Of a DNA stretch of 64,000 bases, positions 45,001-55,593 are shown in pieces. The notes beneath the pieces are model-generated. The model worked only from the letters and a program-made list of their open reading frames with translations. It was not told where the DNA came from and ran no database searches. Made by a program: the position numbers and the translations under genes. The stretch lies in contig NC_086108.1 in assembly GCF_963921235.1 (NCBI RefSeq), positions 35,404,001 to 35,468,000 of the forward strand. Reading direction: 5' to 3'. How positions within the stretch are numbered: the stretch's first letter is position 1; every line of letters begins with the position of its first letter. The stretch comes from Mobula hypostoma. Lineage: Eukaryota.

Positions 45001-48000
45001 TCCTCCCTACAGTACAATACGGTGCTCACCATCACCCTACCGTCCTCCCTTCAGTACAATACTGTGCTCACTATCAGACTACCGTCCTCCCTTCATTACA
45101 ATACAGCACTCACCATCAGCCTACCGTCCTCCCTTCAATACAATACAGTGCTCACCATCAGCCTACTGTCCTCCCTTCAGTACAATACAGTGCTCACCAT
45201 CAGCCTACCGTCCTCCGTTCAGTACAATACAGCACTCACCATGAGACTACCGTCCTACCTTCAGTACAATACAGTGCTCACTATCAGCCTACAATCCTCC
45301 CTTCAGTACAATACAGCACTCACCATCAGCCTACCGTCCTCCCTTCAGTACAATACAGTGCTCACCATCAGCCTATTGTCCTCCCTTCAGTACAATACAG
45401 TGCTCACCATCAGCCTACTGTCCTCACTTCAGTACAATACAGTGCTCACCATCAGCCTACCGTCCTCTCTTCAGTACAATACAGCACTCACCATCAGCCT
45501 ATTGTCCCTCCTTCAGTACAATACAGTGCTCACCATCAGCCTACCGTCCTCCCTTCAGTACAATCCTGTGCACTTTCAGACTACCGTCCTCCCTTCAGTA
45601 CAATACAGCACTCACCATCAGCCTACCGTCCTCCCTTCAGTACAATACAGTGCTCACCATCAGCCTACTGTCCTCACTTCAGTACAATACACTACTCACC
45701 ATCAGTCTACCGTCCATCCCACGGAACAATACAGTGATCACCATCAGCCTACCGTAGTCCCTTCAGTCTAATTCAGTGCTCACCATCACCCTACCGTATT
45801 CTCTTCAGTACAATACAGTGCTCACCATCAGTCTACCGTCCTCACTTCAATACAATGCAGAGCTCACTATCAGCCTACCGTCCTCCCTTCAGTACGATAC
45901 AGTGCTCGGCATCAGCCTACCGTCCTCCCTTCAGTACAATATAGTGCTCACTATCAGACTAACGTCCTCCCTTCAGTACAATACAGTGCTCACCATCAGC
46001 CTACTGTCCTCTCTTCAGTACAATACAGTGCTCACCATCAGCCTAACGTCCATCCCACGGAACAATACAGTGATCACCATCAGCCTACCGAAAGTCCCTT
46101 CTGTGTAATTCAGTGCTCACCATCACCCTACCGTATTCTCTTCAGTACAATACAGTACTCACCATCAGCCTACTGTCCTTCCCACAGTAGAATACAGCTT
46201 TCACCATCAGCCTATCATCCTCCCTTCAGTACAATACAGTGCTCACTGTCAGCCTACCGTCCTCCCTTCAGTACAATACAGTCATCACCATCAGACTACC
46301 GTTCTCTCTTCAGTACAATACAGTGCTCACCATCAGCCTACCGTCCTCCCTTCAGTACAATACAGTGCTCACCATCAGCCTACCGTCCTCCCTTCAGTAC
46401 AATACAGTGCTCACCATCAGCCTACCGTCCTCCCTTCAGTACAATACAGCACTCACCCTCAGCCTATTGTCCTCCCTTCAGTACAATACAGTGCTCACCA
46501 TCAGCCTACCGTCCTCCCTTCAGTACAATCCTGTGCACTTTCAGACTACCGTCCTCCCTTCAGTACAATACAGCACTCACCATCAGCCTACCGTCCTCAC
46601 TTCAGTACAATACAGCACTCACCATCAGCCTATTGTCCTCCCTTCAGTACAATACAGTGCTCATTATCAGCCTACCGTCCTCCCTTCAGTACAATCCTGT
46701 GCACTTTCAGACTACCGTCCTCCCTTCAGTACAATACAGCACTCACCATCAGCCTACCGTCCTCCCTTCAATACAATACAGTGCTCACTATCAGCCTACC
46801 GTCCTCCCTTCAGTACAATACAGTGCTCACCATCAGCCTAACGTCCTCACTTCAGTACAATACAGTGCTCACCATCAGCCTACCGTCCTCTCTTCAGTAC
46901 AATACAGCACTCACTATCAGCCTATTGTCCTCCCTTCAGTACAATACAGTGCTCACCATCAGCCTACCGTCCTCCCTTCAGTACAATACTATGCTCACTA
47001 TCAGACTACCGTCCTCCCTTCAGTACAATAATGTGCTCACTATCAGACTACCGTCCTCCCTTCAGTAAAATACAGTACTCACCATGAGACTACCGTACTC
47101 GCTTCAGTACAATACTGTGCTCACTATCAGACTACCATCCCCCCTTCAGTACAATACAGCACTCACCATCAGACTACCGTTCTCCCTTCAGTACAATACA
47201 GTGCTCACCATCAGCCTACCGTCCTCCCTTCAGTACAATACAGTGCTCACCATCAGCCTACCGTCCTCCCTTCAGTACAATACAGTGCTCACCATCAGCC
47301 TACCGTCCTCCCTTCAGTAAAATACAGTACTCACCATGAGACTACCGTACTCGCTTCAGTACAATACTGTGCTCACTATCAGACTACCATCCTCCCCACA
47401 GTACAATACAGCGCTCACCATCAGCCTATCATCCTCCCTACAGTACAATACGGTGCTCACCATCAGCTAACCGTCCTCCCTTTAGTACAATACTGCGCTC
47501 ACCATCAGCCTACTGTTACTCCCGATGGTAAAATACAGAGCTCACCATCAGCCTACTGTCCTTCCCATGGTACAACACAGTGCTCACCATCATCCTACCG
47601 TCATCCCTTCAGTACAATTCAGAGCTCACCATTAGCCTACCGTTACTCCCAATAGTAAAATACAGAGCTCACCATCAGCCTACTGTCCTCCCCACAGTAC
47701 AAAACAGCACTCACGATAGGCCTACCGTCCTCCTTTTAGTATAATACAGCGCTCACCATCAGTTGACCTTCCTTTCATCAGTACAAGACAGCACTCACCA
47801 TGAGACTACTGTCCTCCCTTCAGTACAATTCATCGCTCACCATCAGCCTCTTGTCCTTGCCACAGTAGAATACAACGCTCACCATCAGCCTACCATCCTC
47901 CCCACAGTACAATGCAGCGTTCACCATCAGCCTACCATCCTCCCCACAGTACAATACTGCCCACACAATCAGCCTAACGTCCTCCCCACTGATCAATACA

Positions 48001-49310
48001 GTTCTCACCATCAGCCTATCGTTCTCCCATCAGTACAAGATAGTGCTCACCATTACCCTACCGTCATCCCTTCAGTACAATACAGTGTTCACCATCAGTC
48101 TACCGTTCTGCCTTCAGTACAATACAGCACTCACCATGAGCCTACTGTCTTTCCTTCAGTACAATACAGTGCTCACCATCAGCCTACCGTCCCCCCCACA
48201 AAACAATACAGCACTCACCATCAGCCTACCGTCCTCTCCACAGTACAATACAGTGCTCACCATCGGACTACCGTCCTCCCTTTAGTACAATACAGTGCTC
48301 ACTATCAGACTACCGTCCTCCCTTCAGTACAATACAGCGCTCACCATCAGCCTACCGTCCTCCCTTCAGTACAATACAGTACTCACCATCTTCTTGTCCT
48401 CCCCACAGTACAATACTCTGCTCACCATCAGCCTACCGTTCTTCCTTCAGTACAATACAGCGTTCATCATCAGCCTGCCATTCTCCCGACGGTATAATAC
48501 AGCGCTCACCTCAGCCTACCGTCCTCCCCACGGTACAATATACTGCTCACCATCAGCCTGTCATCTTTCCTTCAGTACAATACAGCGATCCCCATCAGCC
48601 TACCGTCCTCACTTCAGTACAATACTGCACTCACCATCAGCCTACCGTTACTCCCGACGATACGAAACAGTGCTCACCATCAGCCAACTGTCCTCCCTTC
48701 AATGCAATATAGCGCTCACCATCAGCCTACCATTAGTCCCGACGTTACAATACAGCCCACACAATCAGCCTACCGTCCTCCCTTCAGTACAAAACAGCAT
48801 TCACGATAGGCCTACCGTCCTCCTTTTAGTATAATACAGTGCTCACCATCAGCTGACCTTCCTTCCATCAGTACAATACAGTGCTCACCATCAGCCTGCT
48901 GTCCTCCCTTCAGTACAACACAGCACTCACCATGAGACTACCGTCCTCCTTTAGTACAATTCATCGCTCACCATCAGCCTCTTGTCCTTGCCACAGTAGA
49001 ATACAACGCTCACCATCAGTCTACTGTCCTCCCCACGGTACAATACTGTGCTCACCATCAGCCCTACAGTCCTCCCTTCAGTACAATACAGCACTCACAA
49101 TCATCGAAACGTCCTCCCTTCAGTACAATACAGTGCTCACCATCAGCCTACCGTCCTCCCCACGGTACAATACAGTGCTCACCATCAGCCTACCGTCCTC
49201 CCCACGGTACAATACAGTGCTCACCATCAGCCTACCGTCCTCCCTTCAGTACCATGCAGTGCTCACCATCAGCCCACTATCCTCCCCTCTGTGCAATAGA
49301 GAGCTCCCCA
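1..49310 (+). repeat. 42-bp tandem satellite array (~1,170 monomers), open at the left window edge
   Basis: Continuous head-to-tail repetition of CAGTACAATACAGTGCTCACCATCAGCCTACCGTCCTCCCTT with point variants and rare 38/40/43-bp monomers. No inversions or foreign insertions were seen. The 14-aa periodicity of all ORFs (QYNTVLTISLPSSL) confirms the 42-nt period. Confidence 0.99.
47390..49310 (+). repeat. Degenerate terminal zone of the 42-bp satellite
   Basis: Monomers here carry many more substitutions and indels (ccccacag, cagcgctc, cccgatggtaaaat) and fade into unique sequence after ...gtgcaatagagagctcccca at ~49,310. Confidence 0.9.
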
Positions 49311-49824
49311 ATTAACAACGGCCTCCCCTATTTCATGTCAAAAACTGCGAATGGACTCAACCAAATACACACGGTCCTACTGCACACCCCGTACTAGGCT
49401 GAAAGTCCTCTAACGAGATTGCAGATGGGGCTGCTCGGTCACTGCCCATCACTGTGAGTGGTAGCATTACATATCATGCAAAGTTCAAAGAACGATGCTT
49501 ATATTTTTTAATCATGATCTCTCGAGGAAGCCTGGTTGAGAAACCTTTTGCTAGACAGTACAAACTATCAGCATATAGATCCACCAAATTCAGGCCACAG
49601 CTCTTTCACCTTTACAGCTTCCCTTTCATTGTTGGAGGGTCAATATTTCTGGTCTTATGTGTCTGCTTATCTGTATACGTTGAATATGAGAATAGATCAA
49701 GATGCATCTAACAGCAGGCAGGCAGATCTGCACCACTGATAGACAGATACTGGATGCTGAGCAGTAAGTCTAGAAGTTTATCAGTGGGGGCTTCTGGTGA
49801 GTGTCATAATATGAAGTTATCGAT

Positions 49825-49974
49825 CATGTGAACAGGCCTTTTGCCCTCCCATCGCCTCACCAATTATCAAGCAACCATTTGCACCAATCCTACAATCCTA
49901 ATCCCATTTTCTTCTCCCCTCATTCCCATCTCTCTTTGGATTCCACAGATCACCTACAAATGAGGGTCAATTTA
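49825..49974 (-). mobile_element. V-domain (HE1-like) SINE, tail portion, interrupted by a CR1 fragment
   Basis: acaggccttttgccc...atcaagcaaccatttgcaccaatcctacaatcctaatcccatttt...cacctacaaatgagggtcaattta resembles the reverse-strand tail of chondrichthyan V-SINEs. It continues at 50,579. Confidence 0.6.
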
Positions 49975-50578
49975 AAGCAAGGATGCAATGTTGAGACTTT
50001 ATAAAGCACAGAAGAGGCCTCATTTGGAGTATTGTGAGCAGTTTTGGGCCCCTTATCTCAGAAAGGAGGTGTTAAAATTGGAGAGGGTTCAAAGGAACCC
50101 TCAAAAATGATTCCAGGGTTCAATGGTTTGTCATATGAAGAGTGTTTGATGGCTCTGGGTCTGAATTCACAGGAATGCAGAAGAAGGAGGTGTAACCTTA
50201 TTGAAACCCATCGAATGGTGAAAGATCTTGATAGAGTGAATGTGCAGCAGATGCTGCCTATGGTGTGAGAGTCGAGTCTAAGTCCAGAGGACACATCCTC
50301 AGAATAGAGGGGCGTCCTTTTAGAACGGAGATGATAAGGAATTTCTTTAGGCAGATAGTGCTGAATCTGTGGAATTCTTTGCCACAGGCAGCTGTGAAGG
50401 CCAAGTCTATGTATATTTAAGGCAGAGGATGATAGAGTCTTGATTGGTCAGGGCATGAAAGAATACAGGGAGAAGGCAGAAGGTTGGGGCTGAGATGAAA
50501 AATGGATCAGCCATGATGAAATTGCAGAACAGTCTCGACGGGCCAGATGGCCTAATTCTGTTCCTATATCTTATGATC
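49975..50578 (+). mobile_element. CR1-clade LINE, 5'-truncated 3' end (ORF2 C-terminus and tail), decayed
   Basis: Translates to SKDAMLRLYKAQKRPHLEYCEQFWAPYLRKEVLKLERVQR, then after a frameshift MIPGFNGLSYEECLMALGL...LIETHRMVKDLDRVNV, the typical CR1 ORF2 C-terminus. Ends in gggccagatggcctaattctgttcctatatcttatgatc. Confidence 0.92.
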
Positions 50579-50770
50579 TTTACAGTGGCAAAATAATTTA
50601 TCAACGCACTTGTCATTCGGATATCGGTAGAAAGTGAAGCATGAGGGGAAACCCCAATGTTTGACAGGGAGAACATGCAAACTTCTACCCAGCCAGCATC
50701 AGAGGTGAGGACTGAACTGGCGTGGCTGGGGTTATGAAGCAGCACCTCTACAGCTGCACTATCATACTGA
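50579..50770 (-). mobile_element. V-domain SINE, head portion (continuation of the 49,825-49,974 copy)
   Basis: tttacagtggc...gacagggagaacatgcaaact...gaggtgaggactgaactgg...gcagcacctctacagctgcact is a degenerate reverse complement of the V domain plus a tRNA-derived head. Confidence 0.7.
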
Positions 50771-51136
50771 TGTTAAAAATGTAGTGATAGCAATAACTGT
50801 AATAATATTTCAAAACAATTTTCTAAAAAATTAAGTTCAACAGTAGCCGCTCCAAAGCAATCTTAACAAGCTCTCCCATCTAGCACTAATAAAACTGCGA
50901 ATGATGGAAGTACCCATGTGGAGAAAAAAGTGAACATTTCAAGTTGATGACTGTTATCACAATGCTTAGCACCTTCATCAACAGTTATTGTATTTCAGGA
51001 ATCTCCATTATGCATCCTTATTACTGAGTCCAGTATTTTCCCTGCTACTGATGCAAGTTCTGTTTGTATTGTAGTGAGACTCTTGAAGGATTACTTTTAG
51101 GGATCGGTAAGGTGCTATTTGTGTTGGGAATTTATC

Positions 51137-51365
51137 TGTTTATTTATTGACATGTATAGGCCCTTCCAGCCTCGAGCTGCGTCACCAAGCAATCGCCTGA
51201 TATAATCCTAGCCTAGTCACAGGGCAATTTACAATGACCAATTGACCTACCAACCGGTACGTCTTTGAACTGTGGGAGGAAATCGGAGAACCCGGAGGAA
51301 ACCCACGCAGTGACGGGGAGAACATACAAACTCCTTACAAGCAACATTGGGAATTTGACCCTGAA
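51137..51365 (-). mobile_element. V-domain (HE1-like) SINE
   Basis: tgtgggaggaaatcggagaacccggaggaaacccacgcagtgacggggagaacatacaaactcc is the reverse complement of the conserved V-SINE core (GGAGTTTG..TGTTCTCCCCGT..GCGTGGGTTTCCTCCGGGT..TCCG.TTTCCTCCCACA). An AT-rich tail (tttatttatt) lies at the left end. Confidence 0.88.
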
Positions 51366-51514
51366 TGGTCATTGTCTCTGAAACAGAATACCAAAATGTT
51401 GTTGATGAAAGTTCTGATGAGGGGTTATTAGCCCAAATCGTTACCTCAGGATCTCCCTCCAGTTCTCGATCCTGCTGCTTTTGATAGGCAAAGGGAAGTG
51501 CTGTGATGGCATTA

Positions 51515-51580
51515 ATCATCTTTCACGTCCCCCTGTAGAGACAGAAATGGCCTCAGTTTAACAATTCAGTCTGGAAATTT
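51515..51580 (-). mobile_element. Deu-domain SINE relic (SacSINE1/AmnSINE1-like core)
   Basis: The reverse complement tttccagactgaattgttaaactgaggccatttctgtctctacagggggacgtgaaagat resembles the Deu core as recalled (TTTCGGATGAGACGTTAAACCGAGGCCCCGTCTG...GGTGGACGTAAAAGAT). Short and diverged. Confidence 0.5.
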
Positions 51581-51659
51581 CTTTTAATTTAACAACGCCT
51601 GATAAGATGGTTAGATAAGTTCATTTTCTTTATCTCTCCTTCTGATCCGCCCAGGTCCT

Positions 51660-52140
51660 TTCAGACCTCACTGCCCCCTCAGTCTTTTATTCTTTCTTTC
51701 CTCACCCATTTTATCCACCTGCCTGTTACCCACAATCTCACGTGGTCCAATATCTCCCCTCCCCACTGTTCCATTTTACCCGCCACTATCTCTCCCTCTT
51801 GTTCCATTCACCGCTTTCCTTTCTTATCAGATTCCATAATCAGCAACTCTTTGTTATCTCCACCAATCACCTCCTGGCCTCTGTCACTATCTCCGCCCCT
51901 CCCTCCCACCCCCGGCCCCATCTGCCCGTGAACACCTCCGCATCGGGATTCACCTATAGTGTTGCCATTCCTGCTTCACTCCTCCTCATCTCTTCATACT
52001 TTCTATCTACTCTTCACACTCTCATTCCTGATGTGAGGGTCTGTACCCAAAATACTGACTCTCTATTTCCCTCTGCAGATGAGCTCTGACAGCAGCTCAT
52101 TTCTGGCTCCAGCGCCCAACATCTGCAGTCTCTTGTTGCT
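51660..52140 (+). mobile_element. Old Penelope-like element 3' region / pLTR remnant
   Basis: A pyrimidine-rich stretch followed by cctgatgtgagggtctgtacccaaaatactgact...cagatg...ccaacatctgcagtctcttg, colinear with the better-preserved copy at 57,204-57,746. Confidence 0.6.
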
Positions 52141-52589
52141 TTTCTCTCTGCCTTTGCCTTCCTATAGCTTAGTCCATGTGTTCACAATCCGTAGTATCGC
52201 TGGTGCCCGAGGCCCATCTTCGTGCCATCCTTACGGGTGTGCCAACAGTTTTCAGGTTCCAGTTTTGCAACGTGATCTTCAGTAAACACTTCGGATGACT
52301 TTTCAGGTGCAGTGGTGCATGGCTACACATTTGTCAGAGGCTGAGGGACTGATGTGCTTCAGTACTGGGTGCCTGCGGGCACTTTGTGACACAGCTGTAA
52401 CCGCAGCATCCAGACCTTGTGCTTTTCTCCAGTGGGTCTCCTGCAGCTGCAGGAGAGTTTTGCTGCTTGAGGAATGGCTGGGGTTACGCTGGAGAGGAGA
52501 GGGAGTGTACCCTGAGTCTTCAGAGGGGCAATGAAGATCAAAATAAATAGCTGAAGATAAAGGTTATCCTAAACGAAAATACTGTAAAA

Positions 52590-53190
52590 ACCAAGTCAGG
52601 CAGCATCTGTGGAGAGGTAGAAAGAGAAACAGTGTTAAAGTTTCAAATCCAGGAGCCTTCCTCAGAATTGGGAAAGAGAAAGCCGAACTTAGCTTTAGGT
52701 TGTGCAGAACTCTGCGGTGGTGGGTGGGTGGGGGGAGGTAGAAGGGGAAGGAAAAGAGTTAAGTACAAACGTTGATCAAAGGGAATTTCCCCAATAAGGT
52801 GGGAGCAAATAGATTAAGCAGCAGTTAGAAAGTGATCATGCTTCTCTGACTGTACTCTGTGTTCCTAACAGTAGGGCTGTGGGATATGCTCCTCAGGTCT
52901 GAGTACACTCACAGACCGAGAAATGGCCGGCGAGTTACCTAAACTTGGAAAACGCGATATTCGGTCTGGGGAGCTGCACTGTAGACAGATGGAACTTGAA
53001 GTCTGCATTAGGCCTCATTGTAACAGTACCAGAAGCTACAGGAGCTGGAGTGGAAAGGGGAATGAAAAGTGGCAGGCAACGGGAAGTGCAGGGTTGCCAC
53101 TGCAGACTGAACGCAGGTGCTCAGCAAAGATATCAGTCAATTTGCATGCAGAGGAGCCTACATTGTAAACAACAAATGCAGTACACCGAT
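52590..53190 (-). mobile_element. Penelope-like element fragment with decayed GIY-YIG endonuclease C-terminus
   Basis: The minus strand gives VYCICC...(frameshift)...DIFAEHLRSVCSGNPALPVACHF, matching the PLE GIY-YIG region (VYCIxC...RFAEHLRSV...LPVAxHF). The pLTR-type end caggcagcatctgtggagag lies at ~52,598. Confidence 0.75.
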
Positions 53191-53329
53191 ACTGAGAGAG
53201 GGCGCAAGGCAAGTCAGTTAAGCACATTATCCACTGTGGATGATCTGTTCGCTGTGACAGCATGCCACAGAATCCCTCCAAGGTTACAGTGGGTGATCCT
53301 ATCGACTGGAAAAGTGCATGGTACTGGTG

Positions 53330-53592
53330 AAATGCTTAAGGGCAATCTGAAGGGGCACTTCTTCGTTCAGAGTGTGGCGCAAGTGGGGAACGAGCTGTCA
53401 GCAGAAGTGGTAGATGTGCGTTCAGTTGTAACGTGTAAGAGAATTTTGGATAGGCACAAGGATGGGGGATAGAGTGGGGGGCTATGGTCTGGGTGCAGAC
53501 GGATGGGACGAGGCAGAAGACAAGACCAGCACAGACTATGTATGCTGAAGAGCTTGTTTTTGTGGTGTAGTGCTCTTTGGCTCAATGACTCT
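53330..53592 (+). mobile_element. CR1-clade LINE 3' end fragment
   Basis: Encodes KGNLKGHFFVQSVAQVGNELSAEVVDVRSVVTCKRILDRH, homologous to the CR1 ORF2 end (..RGNFFTQRVV..WNELP.EVVEA....FK..LDR). The tail is gtgctctttggctcaatgactct. Confidence 0.85.
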
Positions 53593-54659
53593 GCTGCGGA
53601 CTGGTTCCAAAAAAAGTCAATTCCACCACCTCCTTGACAATGTGAAGAGTCCTCAGCATTTAATACCAATGCCAACTTGTTTTGGATTCACCTACATTAA
53701 TGCTCTGGAACTACCTTTCCCTCTCACAGCTTCCTTCCCATTCCTCGTATCCAAAATCTATCCAAGTTCCCTTTCTACTTCCATGATCTTACCTCCCATG
53801 TCTCCATCACTCTACACGTTCATACAGCAAACACTGGGACAGGAATGGAGCAGTCCCTAGAATGACTCTGGAGCTAGGAAACTAAGAGCAACCGCACCAC
53901 CAATTTCATCTCTGAGAACTATTGCAGGTCTCCACAAGTTCTGTCCTTTAAATCCTGGCTTTTGTACGTGTATCTCCACAGAGATGTGTAGACATGAGAG
54001 TGGGGTCCCTGCAAACCCTAGGTGGAAAAGATAGCACCGATCTGCGGTCTTCGTTGAGGTCGCGGCTCAGACTTAGTTATTTTCAGAGGTCTTCTTTTGG
54101 CTCGTAGGGATGGTTTGTGGGGTGATGGGGGGCAGGAGTTGAAAGGTCAGGTTATGGTTTAGGGACAGGGATGTGGGGGGAATTGGAGGACAGGCTGGTA
54201 TTTAAGCCTCTGCTCTGTGTTCAAAGGCCAGTAGCAAGGGACTGCTTAAAAGTTGGACTGGCAGACCGGCAAGGATGTTTGGGTCCTGTCATCATTGAGA
54301 CTGAAGTTCAAGGCCTACTTTTTAGGTCCCATCATCAGTGAGCCCGGCATTTGAGGCCTGGAGTTCTGCCCCTTATCCAGGGTCCTCATTCAACATTATC
54401 TGCAAGTCCTGGATCAATACCGAAGGTCGAAGCCCAAAAGTCAATCAGAAGTCTGGATCAAAGAACGAAGGTTGATTGGAAGTCCAGATCGAAACCTGAA
54501 GGTCAATCAGAAGTGCGAAAGTCAAGGCCCAGTGTCGAATCTCTGCGGGCCATTGGGAAAGTTGGGGGCCCAGTGTCTGAGGGTCCATGAGTTCACTGGA
54601 GGCTGGAGGCTGAAGATGGACTGTGCTTATGTGTGTGTTGGGGGGGAGGCTTTGCTTTT

Positions 54660-54838
54660 GCTGCTTGGTATGTTCTGTGTTGTTTACATTATAGTATTGC
54701 TATGTTAGTGCTGGAATATGTGGTAATAATTGCCCTCCCCTGCAAATTCATGAGTGCGTTGGTTGTTAATGCAAATGACACATTTCACTGTATGTTTCGA
54801 TGTACATGTGATAAATAAATCTGAATCTGAGACTGAAT
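54660..54838 (+). mobile_element. Non-LTR retroelement 3' tail (family uncertain, possibly Rex/Babar-related)
   Basis: T-rich 3' region ending ...catttcactgtatgtttcgatgtacatgtgataaataaatctgaatctgagactgaatc, i.e. AATAAA followed by a short (TCTGAA)-like tail. Confidence 0.5.
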
Positions 54839-55059
54839 CAAAAGTCTGCAGGTGGAAAAATATGTTGAAAACACTCAACAGATCAGACAACGTTCGTGGA
54901 AAAAAGTTGAAGGCACTTAGGTCAAAGAACTTCATCAGATAGTTGGATAAGATTTGGGCAATTGTCTTACTTAGCTCACCTCAAGATTTCCCAGGACTGG
55001 CCATGACATCTCCGATACCTCTAGTCCATCCCTATGCAATCCAGCCAATATTGGGCAGA

Positions 55060-55593
55060 GGCACATCCCATTCCCATTCCGATAAGTCAATCCATGGCCT
55101 CCTCTACTGTCGCGATGAGGCCACACTCAGGTTGGGGGAACAAACCTTATATTCCATCTGGGTAGCCTCCAACCTGTGCCGTGAACATCAATTTATCGTA
55201 CTTCTGGTAATGACCCCACTGCCCTCTTGTTCACCAGTCCCCATCCCCTTTTCCTCTCTCACTTTATCTCCTTGCCTCCCTCTGGTGCTCCTCCCCTCCC
55301 CCGTTTCTTTCTTCCATGGCCCCTTCTATCCCCACCTATCAGACTCTCCCTTCTCCAGCCCTGTATCTCTTTCACTAATCAACTTTCCAGCCCTTTACTT
55401 CACCCCTCCTCCTCCCGGTTTCACCTATCACCTTGTGTTTCTCTCTCCCCTCCCCTGCCTTTTAAATTTACTTCTCATCTGCTTTTTCTCTCCAGTCCTG
55501 CCAAAGGGTCTCAGCCCAAAATGTCAACAGTACTTTTTCCCACCGATGCTGCCTGGCCTGCTGAGTTCCTCCGGCAGTTTGTCTGTGTTGCTT
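55060..55593 (+). mobile_element. Penelope-like element 3' fragment (GIY-YIG C-terminus and pLTR)
   Basis: TSHSHSDKSIHGLLYCRDEATLRLGEQ.. matches the 57,204 copy (YCKDEATLRLEEQHLIFRLGSLQP). Ends gatgctgcctggcctgctgagttcctcc...tgtgttgctt and contains a decayed hammerhead motif at ~55,494-55,530. Confidence 0.88.

Noticed and set aside
1..49310. CRISPR array
   Set aside because: The repeats are directly adjacent with no unique spacers, there are no cas genes, and the context is vertebrate.
1..49310. C2H2 zinc-finger or other domain-coding minisatellite (84-bp period)
   Set aside because: The period is 42, not 84, and no frame has CxxC...HxxxH spacing or TGEKP linkers.
64..49315. Dozens of long + strand ORFs (up to 696 aa) as a mucin-like or repeat-protein gene
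   Set aside because: They arise from a 42-nt unit lacking stops. Recurrent TAG/TAA variants and frameshifting 38/40/43-bp monomers are freely amplified, most starts are GTG/TTG, and there is no unique N- or C-terminal domain.
50690..50770. tRNA gene
   Set aside because: It is only the degenerate tRNA-derived head of a SINE, and no cloverleaf can be formed.
52141..52541. Possible exon after the pyrimidine tract ending cctatAG (52,167), or a minus-strand coding segment
   Set aside because: The tract adjoins a Penelope tail, no convincing donor was found, and no translation resembles a family I recognise.
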